Shown: positions 42,159-52,170, numbered from the whole stretch's first letter. The stretch is DNA of 63,518 bases, filler included, from 5 parts of 5 records of this genome joined end to end with filler, not necessarily neighbours in it; one strand, 5' to 3'. The notes: generated from the sequence alone by a model not told the origin. Made by a program: numbers and translations.

Positions 42159-43106
42159 ATGGTTGCCATCATGCTGGTGCCCGACATGCAGGACGAGGTG
42201 AAGGCCGCGCTGAAAGGCAAGTTCGAGGTCTTCGATATGACCGGGTACGACAGTCCGGCCGATATTCCCGGCCTCGATCCGGCGCAGATCCGCGGTACCG
42301 TCACCCGCGGCGAAAGCCACTTCGGCGAAGAGCTGATGAGCCAGCTTCCGAATCTCGAGATTTCGGCCAACTTCGGTGTCGGGTATGACGGCATCGATGT
42401 ACAGGCGGCAAAAAAGCGCGGCGTCATCGTCACCAATACGCCGGACGTTCTGACCGACGAAACCGCCAATACGTCGTTGATGCTGACCCTGGCCGTCACC
42501 CGGCAGTTGCCGGTGTTGCACGATCTGGTCCGTTCCGGCGGCTGGCCGAAGGTGGAAAAGGAGCGCCTGACCCACAGCATCGTTCAAAAGAAGGTCGGCG
42601 TGCTGGGATTGGGACGCATCGGCCGCGGCATCGCCGCTCGCCTGACCGCCTGCGGCGCGGTCGTGTCCTACAGCGATCCGGTGAAACAGGATGTACCCTA
42701 CGACTATTACCCGGATCCGGTTTCCCTGGCGAAAGCCTGCGATATCTTCGTCGTCGCCTGCTTGGGTGGAGCCGCGACCTATCGCATCGTCAACGCCGAG
42801 GTGCTCGAGGCGATCGGGCCGGACGGTTTCTTCGTCAACGCGGCGCGCGGTTCCATCGTCGACGAGGCGGCCCTGGTTGCGGCGCTCAAGGCCGGCAAGA
42901 TCGCGGGCGCCGGTCTCGACGTGTTCGAGAACGAGCCGCATGTGCCGGAAGACCTTTGGACCATGGAAAACGTCGTGCTGACGCCGCATTGCGGCAGCGG
43001 CACCTTCGAAACGCGGGGCCGCATGGCGGACCTCGCGGTGGCCAACCTGGAAGCCCACTTTGCCGGCAAGCCGCCGCTGACGCTGGTCCCTGAATTGGCG
43101 GAATAG
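42159..43106 (+). CDS. D-2-hydroxyacid dehydrogenase
   Basis: GVGYDGID, TNTPDVLT, GLGRIG, VNAARG, GLDVFENEP, LTPH. Confidence 0.93.
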   Translation: MVAIMLVPDMQDEVKAALKGKFEVFDMTGYDSPADIPGLDPAQIRGTVTRGESHFGEELMSQLPNLEISANFGVGYDGIDVQAAKKRGVIVTNTPDVLTDETANTSLMLTLAVTRQLPVLHDLVRSGGWPKVEKERLTHSIVQKKVGVLGLGRIGRGIAARLTACGAVVSYSDPVKQDVPYDYYPDPVSLAKACDIFVVACLGGAATYRIVNAEVLEAIGPDGFFVNAARGSIVDEAALVAALKAGKIAGAGLDVFENEPHVPEDLWTMENVVLTPHCGSGTFETRGRMADLAVANLEAHFAGKPPLTLVPELAE

Positions 43107-43109
43107 GGA

Positions 43110-43209
43110 NNNNNNNNNNNNNNNNNNNNNNNNNNNNNNNNNNNNNNNNNNNNTTAATTAATTAANNNNNNNNNNNNNNNNNNNNNNNNNNNNNNNNNNN
43201 NNNNNNNNN
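43110..43209. other. Artificial contig linker
   Basis: N-run/TTAATTAATTAA/N-run. Confidence 0.98.
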
Positions 43210-43503
43210 AGGGAAAAGATCGCCATGATCCCCAAGGAACTGGCAGCCAAGAAAAAAGACCTGCTCAACAAGTACAGCATCAACATCGATTTTAAGCCCG
43301 TGGCGGCCATGGCCCTTTCAACCCCTTGCGTGAAGGTTTCCACAAGGCTTTTGTCCGGCCGGAAACAAAAAAACCTGCCGCTGACTTATAATCCGGTGAC
43401 CAAAAACATGGATCCGGTTGTGTGCCGGTCATGCGGCATCAGCACCTATCACTTTGGATGTTCTTCGCATATGCATATCAACTGCCCGGCCTGCATGGGT
43501 TGA
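43210..43503 (+). CDS. C-terminus of a hypothetical protein with a Cys-rich tail (5' truncated)
   Basis: Frame open from contig start; CRSC...C...H..CPAC. Confidence 0.55.
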   Translation, partial: REKIAMIPKELAAKKKDLLNKYSINIDFKPVAAMALSTPCVKVSTRLLSGRKQKNLPLTYNPVTKNMDPVVCRSCGISTYHFGCSSHMHINCPACMG

Positions 43504-43520
43504 ATCCGGGGCAATAGGGG

Positions 43521-44738
43521 TCATAAGGTGTACGGTTTCAACTGCAGCAGCTTTTTGTCCTGGGTCGCCACAATATGATAAAACCGGTCCTGGGGTACGT
43601 AAATGTACGGGACGTCTTCTTCCCTGCGATAAAGAAAGTGGGCGAGGATCATCCGGTTTACGGCCCTGTGGCCCACGATAATAATGCTCTGTGAATCCCG
43701 GCTCAAATAGAGGGCTTTTTTGATCCCCATGTCCACGCGGTATTTCATGGAAACGTACCCTTCGCCGTCGGGATAAATATAATTGTATTTGTCTTTTTTC
43801 CTCGCCAGGGAAACATGGGGCATCTGGTCCCGGATCTCTTCATAGGTCATGCACTCACAGATGCCGCTGTCGATTTCATTGAAGTCTTTCAGCTGGATGA
43901 TGGTGCATTTTTCCTGCAACGCTTTGATGGGGACGGCCGTCTGTATGGTTCTCCTTTTCTCACTGGTAAAAATAACCGGTATTTTTTTTCTCTGGAAATA
44001 TGAGGCCAGGCCCCGGGCCTGGGCAATCCCGTTTTCCGTAAGACCCGAATCTCCGCCGATGCGGTTTTCCAGGTTGAAACGGGTCTCGCCGTGGCGGAGC
44101 AGGAAGAGGTTCTTGACCGTATCCGTCACCAGAAAATCCCGGATACGGTCCCAGTAGGGGATTTTATCGGTAATCTCTTCCGCCAGGATCTTGTTGTTCA
44201 GGGAATCCAATTTGACGTAATTCCGTTCCGATTCAAGGGGTGCGTACAGGATCCGGTAATATTCAATCCTTTGACGAAAGCTTTTAATGGCTTCCTCTTT
44301 TGCCAGGTGGCTGAATTCCGGCGAAGCCACCTTCCTCTGAATTCCGGCCTTGAGGATCTTTTCATCTCCATTGATACACTCGATAAAAAGAATGGGATGG
44401 TCCGTAATGTACCCGGTGATTTTTTCTCTGCGCTTCAGGCTTACGTTGGTGGCATCCAGGATGGCCACATATCCCGTTCTTCCCAGGTAGTCCGCGGCAC
44501 GGTCCATGTTGGTGATGGCGATTTTTTCCCGCAGCTCAACCCCTTGTCGGTTGTCGGGGTCGTAGAAGTCAGGCCTTGAACTCTCTACGCCGGTGAGCCG
44601 CCGCCTGAGATCGCCGTTATTGAAAATGCCGGTTTTGACGCCGTATTTGGTCAGGTTTTCCTTCAACTTGTTGGCGATGGTCGATTTTCCCCTGGCGGGG
44701 AGACCCACCATGACGATGTAGAGCTTGTTGTTATGCAC
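43521..44738 (-). CDS. Bifunctional 6-phosphofructo-2-kinase/fructose-2,6-bisphosphatase homologue
   Basis: Kinase: MVGLPARGKS, IFNNGDLRR, ILDATN, FIEC, FRQRIEYY. His-phosphatase: LRHGE..FN...RIGGDSGL, RTIQTA, NEIDSGICECMTYEEI, RKKDKYNYIYPDGEGY, GHRAV. Confidence 0.9.
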   Translation of the reverse strand: MHNNKLYIVMVGLPARGKSTIANKLKENLTKYGVKTGIFNNGDLRRRLTGVESSRPDFYDPDNRQGVELREKIAITNMDRAADYLGRTGYVAILDATNVSLKRREKITGYITDHPILFIECINGDEKILKAGIQRKVASPEFSHLAKEEAIKSFRQRIEYYRILYAPLESERNYVKLDSLNNKILAEEITDKIPYWDRIRDFLVTDTVKNLFLLRHGETRFNLENRIGGDSGLTENGIAQARGLASYFQRKKIPVIFTSEKRRTIQTAVPIKALQEKCTIIQLKDFNEIDSGICECMTYEEIRDQMPHVSLARKKDKYNYIYPDGEGYVSMKYRVDMGIKKALYLSRDSQSIIIVGHRAVNRMILAHFLYRREEDVPYIYVPQDRFYHIVATQDKKLLQLKPYTL

Positions 44739-44862
44739 GGTTCATGCACTCCGAAATGTAAGGGATTGCCCTTGATCTTTCCAAAAGAACATCTATAATA
44801 AAAACGTATACTGTAAGCAACCCCATTTGATTGATATGGTATTTCATTTAAGGAGGTAAGGC

Positions 44863-45567
44863 ATGGCACAAACATCTGTCTCGAGGCCGAGATCGGAAAT
44901 CCTGGTAAATGATTTTGTCAGGAGCGTATACAACTGGATGGGCATCGGGCTCTGCCTGACGGCGGTGGTGGCCCTATATGTTTCCGGTAACGAGGCCCTC
45001 ACCCGGCTCATCTTCGGGAATTCCCTTGTTTTCATTCTACTGATTGTGGCGGAGCTGGGTCTCGTCTTCGCCATTTCCGGCATGGTCCACAAAATGAGCG
45101 CCGGGACAGCCACATTCCTCTTTGTTCTCTATTCGGCCCTGAACGGCGTCACCCTCTCCTTCATCTTTCTAGCCTATACCCAGACATCCATCGTCAGCAC
45201 CTTTTTCGTCTGCGCGGGAACCTTTGTGGCGTGCAGTATTTACGGCTGGATTACCAAAAGGGACCTGACCTCCATGGGCGGGTTCCTCATGATGGGTCTG
45301 ATCGGAATCATCATCGCATCCCTGGTGAACATGTTTTTCAGGAGCCCCGGCATGAGCATGGTCATCAGTTACATCGGGGTCATTGTTTTCGTGGGGCTCA
45401 CCGCCTACGATACACAGAAACTCAAAAACATGGCCTTGACGCAGCCCGTGGACGCGGACGGCTCGGTGGTCAGGAAAGGTGCGATCCTGGGGGCCTTATC
45501 CCTCTATCTCGATTTCATCAACCTGTTCCTCATGCTGCTTCGAATTTTCGGTCAGGGCCGGGATTAA
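44863..45567 (+). CDS. Bax inhibitor-1/YccA family membrane protein
   Basis: VYNWM..GL, YSALNG.TLS.I, TKRDLT, LTAYDTQKLK, ALSLYLDFINLF. Confidence 0.93.
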   Translation: MAQTSVSRPRSEILVNDFVRSVYNWMGIGLCLTAVVALYVSGNEALTRLIFGNSLVFILLIVAELGLVFAISGMVHKMSAGTATFLFVLYSALNGVTLSFIFLAYTQTSIVSTFFVCAGTFVACSIYGWITKRDLTSMGGFLMMGLIGIIIASLVNMFFRSPGMSMVISYIGVIVFVGLTAYDTQKLKNMALTQPVDADGSVVRKGAILGALSLYLDFINLFLMLLRIFGQGRD

Positions 45568-45600
45568 CCTCCTGAGACTCCATCGGTTTTCCTTACATTT

Positions 45601-45646
45601 AAGAATCCCCCTGATCGAACGGCGCATCTTTCAGGGGGATTTTCTT
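45601..45646 (+). terminator. Probable terminator
   Basis: AATCCCCCTGA...TCAGGGGGATTTTCTTTT. Confidence 0.6.
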
Positions 45647-45662
45647 TTGGGGGGCAAGAAAA

Positions 45663-46610
45663 ATGACGGAACCTTCCTACATGAAGCTGTATGAAAAGGG
45701 TGACCTGCAGGCCCGGGTTCAAAAGGCCCTGACCATTCTGGAAGACTGCCGCCTCTGTCCCCGCGCTTGCGGGGTAAACCGTTTAACGGGGGAGATGGGG
45801 TACTGTAAAACCGGACGATACGCAAGGGTTGCCAGCTTTAACCCCCATTTCGGGGAAGAGGCGCCCCTGGTGGGAAGGAACGGTTCCGGGACGATCTTTC
45901 TGAGTTCCTGCAATCTACTCTGCACCTTCTGCCAGAACCACTCCATCAGTCATCTCAACGAAGGGGCTGAAACCGATCCGGACCGGATGGCGGCCATGAT
46001 GCTCCAGCTCTCCCGAAAGGGGTGCGGCAATATCAATTTCGTCACCCCAACCCATGTGGTTCCTCAAATCCTGGAAGCCCTTGTTCCGGCCATTGAAGGG
46101 GGTCTTTGCATCCCTCTGGTATATAATGCCGGGGGATACGAATCCGTTGAAACCCTGGCCCTTCTGGATGGGATTTTCGATATCTATATGCCCGATTTCA
46201 AATTCTGGGACAATACCATGGCAGAGCGGTTCTGTAATGTGCCCGATTACCGTGAAAGGGCCATTGCCGGGATTCGGGAGATGCACCGCCAGGTGGGGGA
46301 CCTGTATGTGGGAGCCGATGGCTTCGCGGTCCGCGGGCTTCTGGTAAGACATCTGGTCATGCCGAACCGGGTGGCCGGAACGGAGAAGATCCTCTTTTTT
46401 CTGGCAAATGACATATCCGTAAATACATACCTCAACCTGATGGATCAATACCGCCCCTGCGGTGCCGCCGCTTCCCAAGCCTTGGTGGACCGGATGATAA
46501 CGGCCGGGGAATTCCAGCAGGCCTTGGACTGGGCGGAAGAAGCGGGGTTAAAACGGTTGGATCAAAGGCGGCTCCCCGAAAGAATTTTCCGGATGGTGCT
46601 GGGAGAGTGA
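45663..46610 (+). CDS. Radical SAM protein, PflX-like
   Basis: CRLCPRACGVNR, HFGEE, GSGTIF, CNLLCTFCQN, DIYMPDFK, LVRHLVMP. Confidence 0.88.
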   Translation: MTEPSYMKLYEKGDLQARVQKALTILEDCRLCPRACGVNRLTGEMGYCKTGRYARVASFNPHFGEEAPLVGRNGSGTIFLSSCNLLCTFCQNHSISHLNEGAETDPDRMAAMMLQLSRKGCGNINFVTPTHVVPQILEALVPAIEGGLCIPLVYNAGGYESVETLALLDGIFDIYMPDFKFWDNTMAERFCNVPDYRERAIAGIREMHRQVGDLYVGADGFAVRGLLVRHLVMPNRVAGTEKILFFLANDISVNTYLNLMDQYRPCGAAASQALVDRMITAGEFQQALDWAEEAGLKRLDQRRLPERIFRMVLGE

Positions 46611-47266
46611 TGGGAGGGGCGAAGACATTTGTAATCGGGGACATCCATGGCCAGCTCGGGATGCTCGAAAACCTGATGGCAAAGATTCCCTGGCGGCCGG
46701 ACAGGGACGGACTGGTCTTTTTGGGGGATTATGTGGACCGGGGGCCTGATTCCAGAGGTGTTGTGGCGTATATTCTGTCTCTGACCCGCAATTATTCCCG
46801 GATCGGCTGCGTGCTGGGAAATCACGAGGGGATGCTCTTGGATTACCTGAAAGGTGTTCAAAGGGACCTCTACCTGGCCAACGGCGGGCTCTCCACCCTG
46901 AGGGAATATACACATGCCGGACGTCCCGGCCATGTATGGGACCCGCCTGAAATTCCGGAAGAACACCGGACTTTTTACGAATCCCTTCAATCTTATGAAG
47001 AGATTGAAGACTATTATCTGGTTCACGCCGGATTCAGACCGGGCATACCCGTGGCCCAACAGTCAAAGACCGATATGATGTGGATCCGGGAACCCTTTAT
47101 TTCATCAACCCATGATTTCGGGAAAAAGGTCGTTTTCGGTCATACGCCTTTTATGGAACCGCTTGTTATGAAAAACAAAATCGGCATCGACACCGGCGCC
47201 GCATTCGGCAGGCGGCTTTGTTGCGTGGAACTCCCTTCCGAACGATTCTATTTTGCGGGTGCGTGA
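46607..47266 (+). CDS. PPP/ApaH-like metallophosphoesterase
   Basis: GDIHG, GDYVDRG, GNHE, VHAG, FGHTP, IDTG. Confidence 0.92.
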   Translation: MMGGAKTFVIGDIHGQLGMLENLMAKIPWRPDRDGLVFLGDYVDRGPDSRGVVAYILSLTRNYSRIGCVLGNHEGMLLDYLKGVQRDLYLANGGLSTLREYTHAGRPGHVWDPPEIPEEHRTFYESLQSYEEIEDYYLVHAGFRPGIPVAQQSKTDMMWIREPFISSTHDFGKKVVFGHTPFMEPLVMKNKIGIDTGAAFGRRLCCVELPSERFYFAGA

Positions 47267-47351
47267 ACAATGATGAGGGGATTTTAAGAACGGATCACGG
47301 TTCACGGTTGAAAGAGCGTGAACCGCAAAGGTTTATCCAAAAACAGACAAA

Positions 47352-48386
47352 TCAAGAAACGTCCCCGCCGATAAACCGCTCAGCCAGCTCCACGTCTTCT
47401 TTGTTGCCGATATAAAGCGGTACCCGCTGGTGAAGCTCTTTCGGATCGATTTCAAGGATCGGCCCATGGCCGTCGCTGGCATATCCGCCTGCTTCTTTGG
47501 CCACCAGGGCAAGGGGGTTGGCCTCCACCATCAATCTCAGTTTTCCCGTCGGTTTCTTGGGGTCCTTCCGGTCGGCGGGATACATGAAAATCCCCCCCTT
47601 TAACAGATTTCGATGAAAATCCGCCACCAGGCTGCCCACATACCGGGAGGAATAGGGGCGGTTTGTTTCCCTGTCAATGGATTTGAAATGATCAATGAGC
47701 GCCTTGGTATTCTCGTCCCAATAGGCATAATTCCCCTCATTGACGCTATAGGTTTTTGATTTTGCAGGGATTTGAATATTCTCATGGGACAGGAGGAACT
47801 CTCCGACGCTGGGATAGAGCGTAAAGCCGTGTACGCCTGTGCCGTTTCCCGTGGTGTACACCATCATGGTGCTGGAACCGTATATGAAATAACCTGCCGC
47901 CACCTGTTCGAGCCCCGGCTGCAGCACATCATTTAAAAGGCAGTCGATATCCGTTTCATTGCTTTTCTTTTTGTAAATGCCGAAGATGGTACCGATACTC
48001 ACATTCACATCGATATTGCTGCTTCCGTCAAGGGGGTCAAACAGGATAATATAGTTCCCCTTGGGATATCGGGAAGGGATATCGATGAGATCCGCGTTCT
48101 CCTCCGAACCCATACAGCAGAGCTGGCCGATGTGCTGCATCCGTTCGATGACCACCTGATTTGAAAAAATATCCAGCTTCTGCACCTGTTCATTCTGCAC
48201 GTTTATTTTTCCGGTGGCGCCCAGAATATCCGCAAGGCCCGCCTTGTTCACTTCCCTGGAAATAACCTTTGCCGCAACGATCAATTCATTTAGAAGGGTT
48301 GTGAAAGCACCCGTGGCTTCAGGGTTTTTTCGTTGCTGACTCAAAAGATGCTGTGTAATGGTCGTGCCGACGCCTCTATTGCTCAT
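47352..48386 (-). CDS. fbp: Class I fructose-1,6-bisphosphatase
   Basis: SEE, FDPLDGSSNIDVNVSIGTIF, RYVGSLVADFHRNLLKGGIFMYP, GKLRL; AAGGAG RBS before MSNR. Confidence 0.96.
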   Translation of the reverse strand: MSNRGVGTTITQHLLSQQRKNPEATGAFTTLLNELIVAAKVISREVNKAGLADILGATGKINVQNEQVQKLDIFSNQVVIERMQHIGQLCCMGSEENADLIDIPSRYPKGNYIILFDPLDGSSNIDVNVSIGTIFGIYKKKSNETDIDCLLNDVLQPGLEQVAAGYFIYGSSTMMVYTTGNGTGVHGFTLYPSVGEFLLSHENIQIPAKSKTYSVNEGNYAYWDENTKALIDHFKSIDRETNRPYSSRYVGSLVADFHRNLLKGGIFMYPADRKDPKKPTGKLRLMVEANPLALVAKEAGGYASDGHGPILEIDPKELHQRVPLYIGNKEDVELAERFIGGDVS

Positions 48387-48494
48387 TTTTCCATCTCCTT
48401 TCCGGTATAAATTGATGTTCAATATTTTAGAAACGGATCGAGGGATCCATTCATCGTCCTCTTTCGGGTGTAAGGTTGTTGTCGACCCATCAGC

Positions 48495-49574
48495 CTATAC
48501 GGCCTTGTTGCGATATTCAAGTCTGTAAATCTCCGCCAGGGTCAAGAACACCGTGATGATCAGGGGGCCGTAGACAATGCCCAGAATCCCGAAAACTTTG
48601 ATGCCCCCGATAATGCCGATGAATACCAGGAGTGCATTCATCTGCATCCCCTGTCCGATCAGCCGGGGCTTAACCAGGTACTCTATGACGGAGCTGTAGG
48701 AAAGATTGTAAATCAGATATCCCAGTCCGAGCCCGCTTTTCCCATTTAAAAAAAGAATGATGGTGGTGGGAATAAAAACGGCCGAAGCCCCGATAATGGG
48801 CAGAAACGCCATGAAGCAGATGACCGTTCCCCAAAGGAAAGGTGAATCCAGCCCGAAGAAGTAAAACCCCAGTCCACCCAGGATCCCCTGAACAATCCCG
48901 GAAAGGCCGTTTCCCACCACAATGGCCCGACCCATTTCATGAAATTTATGGGCCAGCTTTTCCAGGTGATCCTCCGGTACGGGGAGGAGTTGGAAAAAAT
49001 ACTGCTTCAATCTGGCACCGTCCTTGAAAAGATAGTACATGGTGAGCGCCATCAGGAAAAACTGAATCAGGAAATTGAGTAGATTTGAAGCGATGGATCT
49101 GACCTGGTCGTACAGGAATAAACCGACGTTTTTCCCGATGGAAGAGGCCAGATCCTCTATGGTATCCGACGTAATTTCAAGCCCGGTCATGTCATTTAAT
49201 CTTTTTATGCGCTTGCTCCAGACAGGGTCATCTTTGACGAACTGTTTTATCTTACTCAAGGACACCCGATCGCTGCTCTTGCTGTATAATTCGTAAGCCT
49301 CGTTGGAGAGGGTGCCGATGAACCAGCTCATGGGGATAATCAAGGTGATCATGATGAAAACGGTAACACAAAGGGACGCCAATATCTCCCGATTTCTGAA
49401 AAGTGCCTTAACCCTTGCATACAAGGGATAGAAAACGCTGACAATGAGCATGGCCAGAATGATAGCCGATAAAAAGGCCCAGAAAAGCTTAAGGATCAAC
49501 AGCAGCGAGCAGGAGAGGAATATGAGAAAGAACCTCGCACCCTGCTGTTTATCCATACCCGTGGGATCTACCAT
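48495..49574 (-). CDS. AI-2E family transporter (PerM/YdiK-like)
   Basis: Polytopic; YYLFKDG, QGILGG.GF, LVKPRLIG, GGIKVFGILGIVYGP. Confidence 0.88.
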   Translation of the reverse strand: MVDPTGMDKQQGARFFLIFLSCSLLLILKLFWAFLSAIILAMLIVSVFYPLYARVKALFRNREILASLCVTVFIMITLIIPMSWFIGTLSNEAYELYSKSSDRVSLSKIKQFVKDDPVWSKRIKRLNDMTGLEITSDTIEDLASSIGKNVGLFLYDQVRSIASNLLNFLIQFFLMALTMYYLFKDGARLKQYFFQLLPVPEDHLEKLAHKFHEMGRAIVVGNGLSGIVQGILGGLGFYFFGLDSPFLWGTVICFMAFLPIIGASAVFIPTTIILFLNGKSGLGLGYLIYNLSYSSVIEYLVKPRLIGQGMQMNALLVFIGIIGGIKVFGILGIVYGPLIITVFLTLAEIYRLEYRNKAV

Positions 49575-49608
49575 TGATAATTACCGCTCACCTTGAGGAG
49601 AGATTGTT

Positions 49609-50418
49609 TTATGATTTAATCCTGATTTTTTTCCTCATTTTTTCCGTATCCAGATTGAATAACGCATCCAGCAATGCGGGGTGAAATGAACCCGGGCCCT
49701 TGGATTGGGATGCCGCTTCTTCACCCGCCAGGCCGAAGGCGGCCAGGGCCGTGGCCGTGGCCTCAAGGCTATTCCCATCCACGGCCAGAAACGCGCCGAT
49801 GAGGGCGGTGGCGGTACAGCCGGTTCCCGTGACATTCCCCATCTGTTCGTGTCCGTTAAAGACCCTGAGAAGGTGTTGCCCGTCGGTGACCAGATCAACG
49901 GGGCCGGTTATGGCAAGGGTGGTGCCCAATTTTTGGGACAGGGCCACGGCAGCCCCTTCGGCTTCGTCCACCCCATGTACCGCATCAACGCCTTTTGTTT
50001 GGGAATCTTCCCCCGCCAGGGAAAGCACTTCAGAGGCATTTCCGCGAATCACGCTGATGGAAAGCGCGTCGGTGAGTTTCATGGCCGTGGTGGTCCGAAA
50101 TGCGGTTGCCCCGGCACCCACCGGATCCAGAACAATGGGGGTTCCCAGGGCGTTGGCCTTTTTCCCGGCCATGAGCATGACGTCCACCCAAGGGGGCGTC
50201 AGGGTGCCGATATTGAGCACCAGGGCGCCGGCAAAGGAGACCATCTCTTCCACTTCTTCCGGTGCATGGGCCATCACCGGGGAAGCGCCGAAGGCCAAAA
50301 GGGCATTTGCCGTGAAATTCATCACCACAAAGTTGGTAATATTATGGATCAAAGGTTTTTGAGTCCTGAGTGCTGTAAGGTTTAAAGCCGCTTTTTGCGC
50401 TAGTTTTTCGTCAAACAT
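49609..50418 (-). CDS. thiM: Hydroxyethylthiazole kinase
   Basis: PLIHNITNFV, GASPVMA, LNIGTL, LDPVGAGA, IRGNASE, TGTGC. Confidence 0.95.
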   Translation of the reverse strand: MFDEKLAQKAALNLTALRTQKPLIHNITNFVVMNFTANALLAFGASPVMAHAPEEVEEMVSFAGALVLNIGTLTPPWVDVMLMAGKKANALGTPIVLDPVGAGATAFRTTTAMKLTDALSISVIRGNASEVLSLAGEDSQTKGVDAVHGVDEAEGAAVALSQKLGTTLAITGPVDLVTDGQHLLRVFNGHEQMGNVTGTGCTATALIGAFLAVDGNSLEATATALAAFGLAGEEAASQSKGPGSFHPALLDALFNLDTEKMRKKIRIKS

Positions 50419-51454
50419 GTTTTTCCTTTATTGTTGCAAAGTGGTCCCAACCGGCCAAGGCCACCCGTCGGGAATTGCCGTTGGTTCCCACTATTTCTAT
50501 TCCGCCCTTGTTGGCGGTGATGGTTCCGATTTGTGTAACCGGGATACGGCTTACGCCGGAAACAGCGTTACGGATACCGGCCACGTGTTCAGGGTCGCAG
50601 GTGATCATCAATTCGTAATCATCACTTTCCTTTAAGACATAATCCAGGGGATCACGACCCGATGCTTCGGCAAATTGTCGGAGGGCCTGACTGACGGGCA
50701 GGCTCTTCTCATTAAGGACGGCTCCGACGCCGCTTTCGTCACAGATATGACCGAGGTCACCCAAAAGACCGTCACTGGTATCGATCATGGCACCGGCGAG
50801 GCCCGTTAAAGCCACGGCATGTCCTTCAACGGCGCGATGGGTCGGGCGCTGGTAAGCTTCCACCAGGGGGCTCTCCATCAGACTCTTGCCGGGTTCGGTC
50901 AGCAGTAGCGTTGCAAGTCCCGCTGCCGCCTGGCCGGGATATCCGGTCACCAGAATCACGTCTCCCGGTTTTGCGGTGGAACGGCGCACCATTTTGCCCG
51001 TTTCAACCTCTCCGATCAGGGTGATGTCGATAAAATTGGTATCAATGGATTTTGTCACATTACCACCGATGACAAAAGCCTGGAAAGGATTTAATTCCCT
51101 CAGAAATCCGCGATAAATGGCGATCACGTCTTTAAGCAGTGTATCGGAACGAAGCCCCAGGGAAATAAGGGCGTAGCACGGTTTTCCGCCCATGGCGCCC
51201 ACATCGCTGATGTTCAGGGTCATGGCCCGTCGTCCTATGTCATGGGCGGAGATAAATAGCGGCAGGTAATGCCGGTTTTCCACCATGGCGTCACAGGTTA
51301 CCAGCAGGTCATATCCCGGGCGGGGTTGAAAGGCGGCGCAGTCGTCACCTATGCCTAAGGTGTTTTTCGGGAGTTCAACACCTTCATCCCGAATAATCTC
51401 ATGAATCCGTTCAATGAGACCGAATTCTCCAACCTGGGCCAGTGTTCGGATCAT
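50411..51454 (-). CDS. thiL: Thiamine-monophosphate kinase
   Basis: GEFGLI, GIGDDCA, NISDVGAMGG, IDTSDGL, DDYEL, GWDHF. Confidence 0.93.
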   Translation of the reverse strand: MIRTLAQVGEFGLIERIHEIIRDEGVELPKNTLGIGDDCAAFQPRPGYDLLVTCDAMVENRHYLPLFISAHDIGRRAMTLNISDVGAMGGKPCYALISLGLRSDTLLKDVIAIYRGFLRELNPFQAFVIGGNVTKSIDTNFIDITLIGEVETGKMVRRSTAKPGDVILVTGYPGQAAAGLATLLLTEPGKSLMESPLVEAYQRPTHRAVEGHAVALTGLAGAMIDTSDGLLGDLGHICDESGVGAVLNEKSLPVSQALRQFAEASGRDPLDYVLKESDDYELMITCDPEHVAGIRNAVSGVSRIPVTQIGTITANKGGIEIVGTNGNSRRVALAGWDHFATIKEKHV

Positions 51455-51755
51455 GTTAGGTTCTCACTTCAGGTAAAGCATTATCGTAACCGGCATTACA
51501 GGGTTGCCGGGCGACTTTTTCCGGATACTTTCGGTAACAATGGAGAAGCGTAAGGCAAGAGATTATTTCAATGGCGTGGAGGATGTCAAGCATTGGTGGC
51601 GGCCGGGGATGTTTTTACGTCCGGAATGTCTGAATCTCTTTTCGGCAAAGTGCCCGGTTTTGCGGAACGGACTGTTGGTTTTATAGGAATTGGAGGTCGC
51701 TGAAAAAAAATACTTGACATCGAAAAACTAAAGATGATAAGCCATTACGAAATAT

Positions 51756-51859
51756 GTTAGATATGTAAAACTTAATGGCTGCGGCGAAGAAAAACAGGTA
51801 GTGCTTTTTACCGGGACAGGACTCATTTTTTGCCGCAAAAGTTAGGTAGATAAAACTTA
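51756..51859 (+). promoter_or_regulatory. Two near-identical 19-bp operator-like sites downstream of a TTGACA
   Basis: GTTAGATATGTAAAACTTA (51756-51774) and GTTAGGTAGATAAAACTTA (51841-51859); TTGACA at 51714. Confidence 0.55.
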
Positions 51860-51877
51860 GATAGGGAAAGGAAGCCG

Positions 51878-52168
51878 ATGACATCGAAAGAACCAGCCTC
51901 TCTGAAAGCCATTGACCGAAGCATGCAGGAGTTGCATGCGGTCATTGATTCTCACCGCAGTCTAATGGTGTCCATTTTTAGGCAAGAGAAAACCGGTATG
52001 CCGAACGAAAATCCCCCCTGTTCCCCGCGATCCGGGGAGGCGGCGCTCAAAGACGTCATTCGGGAGGCCATAGATGTCTTGGAGGAAAGCCGGAAGGCGT
52101 TTAAATCCAAAAAGCTTGAGGCTTTGCGTAAGAAGCTTACCAATGCCTTGATTGATACGAATTCATAA
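51878..52168 (+). CDS. Small hypothetical protein
   Basis: AAGGA RBS; ends 2 nt before next ORF; helical AIDVLEESRKAFKSKKLEALRKKL. Confidence 0.7.
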   Translation: MTSKEPASLKAIDRSMQELHAVIDSHRSLMVSIFRQEKTGMPNENPPCSPRSGEAALKDVIREAIDVLEESRKAFKSKKLEALRKKLTNALIDTNS

Positions 52169-52170
52169 GG

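Noticed and set aside
33493-43069. Many long antisense or alternate-frame ORFs (e.g. 41469-43058, 38193-39311, 37378-38307)
   Set aside because: Shadows of real genes in GC-rich DNA; no recognisable motifs
51455-51700. TPP riboswitch upstream of thiL-thiM
   Set aside because: The conserved CTGAGA and ACCTGAT...AATGC...GGGA core was not found on the minus strand
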